Origin: a virus
IMG/VR virus record: IMGVR_UViG_3300045988_140747
Strand: one strand, 5' to 3'
Length of the DNA: 64,000 nt
Shown: piece after piece, positions 50,086 through 57,717 of the stretch
Position numbering within the stretch: the stretch's first letter is position 1
Layout: each line of letters begins with the position of its first letter
Notes under the pieces: model-generated
The model's input: the letters and a program-made list of their open reading frames with translations, nothing else
The model's database searches: none
Told to the model about the DNA's origin: nothing
Translations under genes and position numbers: made by a program

Positions 50086-50715
50086 ATGGAAAGCAAAGAA
50101 CAGCTGGTGATTTTCGGTGCCGGCCAGCAGGGGCGCGTATGTAAGCGCCTTGCCATTGAAAACGGTTATGATGTGGCAGCATTCATTGATGACTTTGCCG
50201 CAGGATTAGTAGAGGATGTCCCCGTTTATCAAACCATCTATGATATCCCGGACTTCCGAAAATACAAATATTTCGTTGCCATTGGGGATGTCAAGGCAAG
50301 ACGGAAGTTCGTTGACCAGATCTACTCTCAGAAACTTGAATCTGTCAATTTGATCGACAAAGCCGCCTATATCGAAGATGGAGCGCAGCTCGGTACAGGA
50401 AACTACATCTGCAAGCTTGCGATCATCTACGCATCTGCAAAGATCGGAAGCCACAACATTATCAACTGTAAGGCAGTTCTCGCCACGGATACGGTGGTAG
50501 GCACCAACAATAACATCTCAATGGGATGCAACCTATGCGGAAGCGTCCGTGTCGGGAACAACTGCTACATAGGATGTCAGGCGTCCATTGTGAGCGAACG
50601 AACTATTGGAAACGGCTCTACTGTCGCAGCTGGCGCTGTTGTCCTGAAGAATGTCCCTGAGAATTCTTTCGTTGCTGGTGTACCTGCCATTCCGAAGGAG
50701 AGGAAAAGACGATGA
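50086..50715 (+). CDS. NeuD/PglD-family sugar N-/O-acyltransferase (hexapeptide repeat), 209 aa
   Basis: N-terminal LVIFGAGQQGRVCKRLAIENGYDVAAFIDD Rossmann-like opening, plus a left-handed beta-helix repeat region (IGSHNIINCKAVLATDTVVGTNNNISMGCNLCGSVRVGNNCYIG). Confidence 0.75.
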   Translation: MESKEQLVIFGAGQQGRVCKRLAIENGYDVAAFIDDFAAGLVEDVPVYQTIYDIPDFRKYKYFVAIGDVKARRKFVDQIYSQKLESVNLIDKAAYIEDGAQLGTGNYICKLAIIYASAKIGSHNIINCKAVLATDTVVGTNNNISMGCNLCGSVRVGNNCYIGCQASIVSERTIGNGSTVAAGAVVLKNVPENSFVAGVPAIPKERKRR

Positions 50716-51374
50716 AAGTTCTTGTTATCGCACCTCACCCTGATGACGAGATTCTCGGTGTTGGCGGAACGATAGCAAAAAGGGCTGCTGTCGGCGATGA
50801 AGTTACCGTGTGCATCTGTACAAAGGGCGTACACCCTATGTTCGATCAAAAGATTATTAAAGCTGGACGTGATGAAGCCAGAAAGGCTCACACATACCTT
50901 GGTGTCTCAGAAACCATATTTCTGGATCTTCCTGCTGCAGAGCTTGATAGTCTGCCTATGACTGATATCGTGGGAAGGCTCGAGAATGTGGTTTGCGAAA
51001 CACGTCCAGATGAGATTTTCATTCCTCATCATGGTGACATCCACAATGACCATAAGGCTATCTCTGCTGCCGCGATGGTTGCTTTGAGGCCGAAACGGTT
51101 CAAGAAGCCTGTTCGCATTCTCAGCTATGAGGTTCCGTCTGAGACAGGATGGGATACTCCTACTCCAGAAAATGCATTTAGCCCGAATGTATATGAGGAT
51201 ATCACCGACACAATCGGAAAGAAGCTCGACGCTGTTCTTATATACAGATCGCAAGCTGAACAGTGGCCGGGCGCTCGTTCCGCGGGCGCTGTTGAAGCTC
51301 TTGCAAAATATCGGGGATCTACCGTCTGCATCCCTTACGCCGAGGCATTTCAGCTTGTAAGGCAGACACTGTGA
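50712..51374 (+). CDS. PIG-L/LmbE-family N-acetyl-sugar deacetylase (220 aa)
   Basis: VLVIAPHPDDEILGVGGTIAK and HGDIHNDHKAIS are the family zinc-site motifs. ATGA overlap with the upstream gene. Confidence 0.8.
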   Translation: MKVLVIAPHPDDEILGVGGTIAKRAAVGDEVTVCICTKGVHPMFDQKIIKAGRDEARKAHTYLGVSETIFLDLPAAELDSLPMTDIVGRLENVVCETRPDEIFIPHHGDIHNDHKAISAAAMVALRPKRFKKPVRILSYEVPSETGWDTPTPENAFSPNVYEDITDTIGKKLDAVLIYRSQAEQWPGARSAGAVEALAKYRGSTVCIPYAEAFQLVRQTL

Positions 51375-51401
51375 CCAACATCTAAAGAAGAGGGTTCGTC
51401 A

Positions 51402-52055
51402 ATGGAAAAACGAATTGAAGTTTGCAAGATGAGAGCTGGAGATATCAAAACCGGCTTCGGGAATCCCAGAAAGATCAGCAACAAAAAAATGGATGAGCTC
51501 GAGCAGAGCATGAGCACCTTCGGAGATTTCGGGATTTTCCTCATCGACGAAAAGAACAACGTCATCGGCGGAAACCAGCGGTTGAAAGTTGTCAAGAAGC
51601 TTTATGGCGAAGATGCCATGATTGATTGCAAACGGCTCATCGGATATTCTCAATCCGAGCTCAAGGCGATCAACATCAAGGACAACACACACTCTGGTGA
51701 ATGGGACCTTGACTTGTTGGCTGACTGGACTTCTGAACTCGTCATGGACTTCAGCGTTGAGGCCGAGGAGAAGAAGCAGATCGAAGAGCGCGAGATCCCG
51801 GAGATGGAGCTTATCCACTACGAAAAGTACGATTATGTCATGATCGTATGCAACAACGAGCTGGATTACAACAATCTGGTGAGAGCACTTGGCATCGAAG
51901 GCAAGAAAGTTCGGATTTCCAAACGCAAGATCAACGCGCGTGCGGTCTGGTATCACAAGATGAAGGCGAAGGTCATTCCTTACGATGAACTTCCTGAAGA
52001 ACTTCTTGATGATTCTGACATCAAGGCAAGGGATGGCGGTGGCGAAGATGAGTAA
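51402..52055 (+). CDS. ParB/Srx-fold N-terminal-domain protein (217 aa)
   Basis: GFGNPRKISNKKMDELEQSMSTFGDFGIFLIDEKNNVIGGNQRLKVVKKLYG parallels the ParB N-domain (NPR....l..L..si...G...pi.v.....viDGhhRl.a...lg), with GGNQR in place of DGHHR. Confidence 0.55.
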   Translation: MEKRIEVCKMRAGDIKTGFGNPRKISNKKMDELEQSMSTFGDFGIFLIDEKNNVIGGNQRLKVVKKLYGEDAMIDCKRLIGYSQSELKAINIKDNTHSGEWDLDLLADWTSELVMDFSVEAEEKKQIEEREIPEMELIHYEKYDYVMIVCNNELDYNNLVRALGIEGKKVRISKRKINARAVWYHKMKAKVIPYDELPEELLDDSDIKARDGGGEDE

Positions 52056-52671
52056 CAATACTCTCGTTATCCTTGGTGCCGGCCAGCAGGGAAGAAACTG
52101 CCATAGACTGGCTCCCATCAACGGTTATCAAACGGTTGCCTTCGTCGATGATTTCATCACTGACCCAGTGGAAGACATCCGGGTGTATAGCAAGATCGAA
52201 GATATTCCGGATTTCATGGATCATAAGTACATCGTTGCTGTTGGGGATCTTGCGGTCAGAAAAAAGTTCATTGAGCAGATCAATCTGCTTGGCCTTGAGT
52301 GCGCAAACCTGATTGATCCCACCGCTGATATCGAACCCGGAGCCAAGATTGGAACTGGCAACTACATCTACAAGTTCGCCAGCGTGTATGCTTCGGCCAC
52401 AATCGGAGACCACAACATTATCAATTGCAAAGCTGTACTTGCTACCGACAGCGTTATTGGCAACAACTGCAATATCTGCATGGGAAGCAACATCTGTGGC
52501 GCGGTTCATGTAGGAGACAATAGCTATATTGGGTACAACGCAACGGTCGTCAGCGGGAACAACGTGGGGGCGAACGCCACAGTGGAGGCTGGATCTGTGG
52601 TTATGGAGGATGTGCCGGACTGGCTCCGCGTTTCTGGTATTCCGGCTCGAGACGCCGAAGAACTGTGGTAA
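52048..52671 (+). CDS. second NeuD/PglD-family acyltransferase (207 aa)
   Basis: ATG 52048 inside ORF 51985..52671. LVILGAGQQGRNCHRLAPINGYQTVAFVDD. Roughly half the residues are identical to 50086..50715 by eye. Confidence 0.75.
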   Translation: MSNNTLVILGAGQQGRNCHRLAPINGYQTVAFVDDFITDPVEDIRVYSKIEDIPDFMDHKYIVAVGDLAVRKKFIEQINLLGLECANLIDPTADIEPGAKIGTGNYIYKFASVYASATIGDHNIINCKAVLATDSVIGNNCNICMGSNICGAVHVGDNSYIGYNATVVSGNNVGANATVEAGSVVMEDVPDWLRVSGIPARDAEELW

Positions 52672-52686
52672 ACGTAGAGGTGTAAT

Positions 52687-53403
52687 ATGGAAAAGCCAGA
52701 TATTTTCGGAATCTACATTCCGAGCTATAAGAGATCTGATACGATTACCACTCATAAGCTTCTCGAATACTACAAGGTTGTTATTCGCCAGAGCGAATAT
52801 GAAGACTACCTCAAGACCATCCCTGCAGAAAACATCATTGCCGTTCAGGACGATCTTATCGATAGCGTTCCGAAGGTGTGGAACTGGATCATCGACAATG
52901 CAGAGGAGGACTACTTCTGCATTATCGGTGATGATGTTCCAAGGTTCTACTACCGGCTTGAGAAGAGCGAGGCCATCACAGATCCTGAGATTATCACTTC
53001 TGAGATAGAGCGAATCGGCCAGCTTATGATCGATCTCAATATCGGATGGGGATGTGATGATGCCACCAACGTGCCTTGGGGATACGATGCTGAGTTCACG
53101 TTCAAGGGGACTACCGGCGGAATCAACTGGATTAACAGGAAGAAGCTCAAGGGAAGGTTCAATGCGGAAATCGGATACTGCTGCGATACCGATGTCGTTA
53201 TGCAGGAACTTCTGGTAAACCGGATTATTCTCAAACCCAAGTATTTGTGTCCCGGCGGTGGAGCTGACAAAAACAAAGGCGGCAACTCAAAGAAGAGCCG
53301 AGAGAGTATGATTGCCAGCTTCGAACTTATGAAAACGAAGTGGGGCAAGTATTTCGACTACGACCTGAAGACCAACAAGATCTATGTGAGGGTTCCGCGA
53401 TGA
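52687..53403 (+). CDS. unknown protein, possible GT-A-like glycosyltransferase (238 aa)
   Basis: GAGGTG RBS. N-terminal strand IYIPSYKRSD and a DxD-like IIGDDV. Assignment is weak and motif-based only. Confidence 0.3.
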   Translation: MEKPDIFGIYIPSYKRSDTITTHKLLEYYKVVIRQSEYEDYLKTIPAENIIAVQDDLIDSVPKVWNWIIDNAEEDYFCIIGDDVPRFYYRLEKSEAITDPEIITSEIERIGQLMIDLNIGWGCDDATNVPWGYDAEFTFKGTTGGINWINRKKLKGRFNAEIGYCCDTDVVMQELLVNRIILKPKYLCPGGGADKNKGGNSKKSRESMIASFELMKTKWGKYFDYDLKTNKIYVRVPR

Positions 53404-54083
53404 CCGATGTAAGAGTGTTCTCAGGCCATCAGCCAAACTTCCTTCCATACATGGGCGTGTTCTACAAGATGTACCGTTCCAACGTGTTTGTCTTGGATGA
53501 CGATGTGCAGTATTCTAGGGATGGACTTCACAACGCCAACTTTATCAAAGTGAATGGGTCTAAGCACAGGATTACCGTGCCGGTCAAATACAACTTTGGA
53601 GATCCGATCAACAAGGTTGAGATATGCAACGACATGGATTGGGCTGGCAAGATGCTCAAGACTATGAAGTGCGCTTATGCAAAGGCTCCGCATTTTGAAG
53701 AAGGATATGGGCTCTTGGAAAGGCATTTTCAAAACATGCCAACCCGCTTGTCGGACTTGAACATTGGCCTCATCCGCGAAATCGCAGATAGATTCGGGAT
53801 GACGTGCAAAATTGTCGTTGCCAGCGAATCTGTTCCTACGGATCTCAAGAAGAACGAAAGAAACCTCTACCAATGCATCACCCTCGGGGGAAGTGAGTAC
53901 CTGTCAGGAGAGGGAGGAAGGGTATACAACGACGAAGAGCTGTTTGCTGGGCACGGGATCGACGTGAAGTACTCCGATTATCATCCACTCCATTACAGGC
54001 AAGTCGGTAGGGAGTTCATCGAGAACTTATCCGTTATTGACTACATTTTTAATGTTGGATTTGCGATTCCTGAAGAATGGTGA
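53400..54083 (+). CDS. WbqC-like family protein (227 aa)
   Basis: FSGHQPNFLPYMGVFYKMYRSNVFVLDDDVQYSRDGLHNANFIKVNGSKHRITVPV follows the WbqC-like opening (QPnYlPwlGYF.....sDvFV.lDdvqf.....~nRN.Ik..~G..~ltvPv). ATGA overlap. Confidence 0.7.
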   Translation: MTDVRVFSGHQPNFLPYMGVFYKMYRSNVFVLDDDVQYSRDGLHNANFIKVNGSKHRITVPVKYNFGDPINKVEICNDMDWAGKMLKTMKCAYAKAPHFEEGYGLLERHFQNMPTRLSDLNIGLIREIADRFGMTCKIVVASESVPTDLKKNERNLYQCITLGGSEYLSGEGGRVYNDEELFAGHGIDVKYSDYHPLHYRQVGREFIENLSVIDYIFNVGFAIPEEW

Positions 54084-54112
54084 AATAATTCTCGGTGATA
54101 CGTCAAAAATAC

Positions 54113-54140
54113 TTTACAAATGGAATGGTTGTGTTACGAT
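54113..54140 (+). promoter_or_regulatory. conserved phage promoter cassette, copy 10
   Basis: TTTACA 54113-54118, 16-nt spacer, TGt + TACGAT 54135-54140. Confidence 0.6.
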
Positions 54141-54174
54141 ATAGTTATATAAAAACCACATCAGGAGGTTAAAT

Positions 54175-55335
54175 ATGGCTTATCCGTACACAGAGAATGG
54201 CTACAACATGTTCGACATGCTCAGCCTGATTCAGAAATCCATCCGCCGTTCCGACTACAATCATGCAAGCTTCGCAGCAAAACAACTCAAGGGGCGATAC
54301 CGCAGTACAATGTGGAATCGCCTTTTTGTCACCGCATCGGAAGACTGTTTTGGCGTATTATCAAAAGAACTCGTCGAGCTGAGGAAATGTGATGAAGTGC
54401 ATCCCAGCGACCAGAACCTCAGTGATGCACTCGCTCTGATGTGCAGAGCAAAGAAAAGCCGGGATGCCTGCTACTTTGCCTGCAATTTCGTCCTTGCAAA
54501 CAGAAAGCCGCGCAACTTCGAGTTTTCGGAATCGGAGATGTACGGTTTTCATTTGCAGTTGAATAGAATCCATGATCGTATTGCCGGGAAGATCAATCCT
54601 GATGGATGCGATCAGCTCTCTATCGAAGAGAACGGATTCAAAGAAGCTGACATTGACTACTGCGATCTGTTCTGTGAACTCAGCGAGGGAGAAGCCGCAG
54701 TGGCATACAATGGCCTTGCTCTCCAGAAGGCTATGAAACACCGCGACATGGATATGATCGGCTATCACACCAACTTCTTCCGGGAAAATTGCCGAGAGAA
54801 GTTTTGGGAGACACTGCTCGATTACACCCTGACCAATGCGCTGGATCTCTATAGTGAGATTGACGCCCTGCGGATCTGCGATGAAGTTGTCAACAAGAGG
54901 AGAGCACCTCTCGATAAGGACAACATCTTCGTGGCGAAGGCGGTCATGCTGCTGTGCTACTACGAAGATGACCGGTTCGACTCCGTATTATCAAACAAGA
55001 TTGTCAAGTTCGATGAGCTTATCGACTGGTCGCAGTGGGACATTCCTTCCATTGAGCGGGCAAGGCTCGTGAATGGTGAAATCCCTGAGTGGGTATATGA
55101 CTGCCACACCCTGAAGGGAAAGAAAGCGGGGAAAACCGACTGGGATATGACCGTTAGTGAGCAGGCAGCTCTTACACCTCTCCAGCCGGCATACTTCGAT
55201 GAAGCAAGCTGGCTGTACACCTACGAGCAGGACGTGGAGATGGGAGTTCTCGATGAGGTGGGGATGAAGCCCATCCGGGAATTCGCAAAAACGCATCCAG
55301 TGAATCCCGTGGAGGTAATCCCCTATGAGGAGTGA
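54175..55335 (+). CDS. protein with an MgsA/RarA C-terminal-domain-like N-terminus but no AAA+ module (386 aa)
   Basis: YNMFDMLSLIQKSIRRSDYNHASFAAKQL...LFVTASEDCFGV parallels the MgsA_C blocks (hYdliSAfhKSiRGSDpdAAlyWla...lvriAsEDiGlA). No Walker A anywhere in the protein. Confidence 0.5.
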   Translation: MAYPYTENGYNMFDMLSLIQKSIRRSDYNHASFAAKQLKGRYRSTMWNRLFVTASEDCFGVLSKELVELRKCDEVHPSDQNLSDALALMCRAKKSRDACYFACNFVLANRKPRNFEFSESEMYGFHLQLNRIHDRIAGKINPDGCDQLSIEENGFKEADIDYCDLFCELSEGEAAVAYNGLALQKAMKHRDMDMIGYHTNFFRENCREKFWETLLDYTLTNALDLYSEIDALRICDEVVNKRRAPLDKDNIFVAKAVMLLCYYEDDRFDSVLSNKIVKFDELIDWSQWDIPSIERARLVNGEIPEWVYDCHTLKGKKAGKTDWDMTVSEQAALTPLQPAYFDEASWLYTYEQDVEMGVLDEVGMKPIREFAKTHPVNPVEVIPYEE

Positions 55336-55576
55336 GCCTGAAAGAAAGTCCGATAAGGTCCGGAGGTTGGTGGCAGAGGGAAGATACAAGGAAGCCCTGA
55401 GAATTGCCAAGGATTTCCATTTTGGCATATCCAAGGAAGACTCCGACACCATGAAGCGGGGATATGAATGTATGGTATGGCCGGACTTTTACAGGCAGAT
55501 AGGGAAGATGCCCTCTGAAATCTCACAAAAAGCCATAGAAACCGTGCAACGGCTGTATGGAATAAAATCAATCTAA
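55325..55576 (+). CDS. hypothetical protein (83 aa)
   Basis: ATG 55325 lies 9 nt after GGAGG and overlaps the previous gene by 11 nt. Confidence 0.6.
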   Translation: MRSEPERKSDKVRRLVAEGRYKEALRIAKDFHFGISKEDSDTMKRGYECMVWPDFYRQIGKMPSEISQKAIETVQRLYGIKSI

Positions 55577-55597
55577 GAAGATAAAAAACGCTCATAA

Positions 55598-55635
55598 ACA
55601 GCCTCTACGATCAATGCGTAGGGGCTGTAATTTTT
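55598..55635 (+). terminator. rho-independent terminator before the packaging genes
   Basis: ACAGCCTCTACG / CGTAGGGGCTGT stem (one T.G pair), then AATTTTT. Confidence 0.75.
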
Positions 55636-55643
55636 GAAAAAGG

Positions 55644-56255
55644 TTGGTGAAACTAGTGGACGAAAACAAGGAACGGAATGACGCTCCCGAAACGGCGCTT
55701 AAAAGCGCGAAGAAAACGCGAAGAAAACTTTCCCCTCAACTGAAGGAAAATCAATACACCAAGGGGTCCGAAAAGGCAAGAGAGAATGGTCGGAAGGGCG
55801 GGATCAAATCCGGCGAGTCCAAACGGAACAAGAAGGATGCCAGAGAGTCTATCCGGTATATGCTTCAGTTGTCCGCCAAGAAGGGCTGGGAAGCAAACCT
55901 CAAGGAGTTTGGCGTTGCTACGGAAGAGCTGACCAACATGAACGCCCTTAGCGCCAGGCTGTTTTCAATGGCTTTGAGCGGAAACCTTGATGCCTATCTG
56001 ACCCTCATGAAGATGGGAGGATATGATCCCGAAGAAATCCGTAGAGAGCGCGAGAGCATTGCATCCGATGCCCGCCGGGATAAGGAAGTCAATGCTAAGG
56101 TGGAAGCTCTCGGTAATGGGCCGGATGGATCCAGCGCCGCGCTCAACATGAATGACGAGGAAGGCCACAGCGATGTCGTAATCTACATGCCGCAGGTAGA
56201 AAAGTTCGAGGATCTTGAGGAAAAAGACCAAGAGGGCGGCAAGACTGAGGAATAA
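55644..56255 (+). CDS. candidate terminase small subunit (203 aa; start ambiguous)
   Basis: Sits immediately upstream of terL. Basic N-terminal third (KARENGRKGGIKSGESKRNKK). Possible starts are TTG 55644, GTG 55647 and GTG 55656. Confidence 0.45.
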   Translation: MVKLVDENKERNDAPETALKSAKKTRRKLSPQLKENQYTKGSEKARENGRKGGIKSGESKRNKKDARESIRYMLQLSAKKGWEANLKEFGVATEELTNMNALSARLFSMALSGNLDAYLTLMKMGGYDPEEIRRERESIASDARRDKEVNAKVEALGNGPDGSSAALNMNDEEGHSDVVIYMPQVEKFEDLEEKDQEGGKTEE

Positions 56256-56282
56256 TTTTCCAAATTCCGTTCGGAAGGGGTG

Positions 56283-57691
56283 ATGAGTATGCCACAGATC
56301 CTGAAGCCGCAGGAAGGACCTCAGACACGGTTCATGTCTACCCCCGCGAGCATTTGTATCTATGGCGGCTAGGAGCAGCCGGCGGAGGGAAAAGCTTTGG
56401 ATTGCTCATGTCTGCCCTTCGGTACAAGAACGTGCCCGGGTTTGGCTGCACCATATTCCGAAAGAACTTCAACCAGATATTTGCACAGGGCGGTCTGTGG
56501 GATGAATCCATGCAGATCTACCAAGACGTCAAGGGAGCTTGTCCCAAGTTCGCTCGAGGGCAATGGTTGTTCTGCAATGACAAAGGTGAGGTTTTATCAA
56601 AGGTCACGTTTGCTCATATTGAGAAGGATGAGGACGTCCATAAATGGCAAGGCTCTCAGATCTGCGAATTGGGATTTGACGAGCTAACTCATTTTACCGA
56701 GAAAACGTTCTTCTATATGCTATCCCGTAACCGATCTGCCTGTGGTGTTGAGCCATTTGTCAGGGCTACATGCAACCCTGATGCGAATTCATGGGTGGCA
56801 AAGTTCATTGAGTGGTGGATCGATCAGGATACTGGATACCCAATCCCTGAACGGAGTGGGAAGATTCGATGGTTTATCCGCCGGGATGAAGTGCTCTACT
56901 GGGCTAATACCCGGCAAGAGCTCTGGAAAAGATTCAATCTCACTACAGAAGAGGAGAAAAGTGAGCCAAGGTCTGTCACGTTCATAATGTCTAAGTTGAG
57001 CGACAACAAGGAACTTATGAAGGTGAACCCGGGCTACCTTGCAAACCTAAAGGCGCTGTCTCAGATCGAGAGAGAGCGCCTTCTTTATGGAAACTGGAAG
57101 ATCAAGGCCGCTGCTGGTCTCTACTTCAAGAGATCACAGCTTGGAGAGATTCTCAATAGTGTCCCTGCGGATGTCATCCAGTGGGTAAGATGCTGGGACT
57201 TGGCTGCTACGGAAAAGGACGACAAGGGAGACCCGGCATATACTGCTGGCGTCCTTATGGGAAAGCGGAAGAATGGACGATATGTCATTGCCAACGTTGT
57301 CAACAAGCAGATGTCCGCATCTGATGTCCGAAAGACCATCAAGCTCACGGCACAGTCTGATAGAGCTGCCTATAAGCGAGTCCGAGTTCGATTGCCACAG
57401 GATCCCGGACAGGCCGGTAAGGAACAGGCGGAGTCCTACATAAAGTTCTTGGCCGGCTTTGATGTTACGACTGTGGCAGAAAGCGGAACCAAAGAGGCAA
57501 GAGCGGAGCCAATGGCTGCACAATGGCAGGCTGGAAACTTCGACATTGTATACGGCGAGTGGAATGAAGAGTACCTGCTTCAGCTTGAAAACTTCCCAGA
57601 TGGAAAGTTCAAGGATATGGTCGATGCTTCCGCAAATGCTTTTGCAGAGATCGAATCCAGATGCGCATTCAACCTCAGCAACCTGATTTGA
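56283..57691 (+). CDS. terL: terminase large subunit, reading frame broken 5' of the Walker A motif
   Basis: Frame A (56283-56372) reads MSMPQILKPQEGPQTRFMSTPASICIYGG then TAG. The frame of ORF 56354..57691 continues (L)GAAGGGKSFGLL... plus the full ATPase and nuclease domains. Removing 5 nt (TAGGA, 56370-56374) restores ...IYGGAAGGGKS. Confidence 0.8.
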
Positions 57692-57717
57692 TTACCATAC
57701 CGGAAGGAGATATAAGC

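Noticed and set aside
56370-56372. TAG inside terL read as a sense codon (stop-codon-recoded phage, TAG to Gln), possibly linked to the odd UUG tRNA
   Set aside because: Reading through TAG in the same frame gives a non-protein-like sequence (the frame of ORF 56397..56687). The genuine TerL continues in a different frame, so a frame change rather than stop suppression is required. All other genes end at TAG, TAA or TGA without signs of recoding, and no CTA-anticodon tRNA is present.
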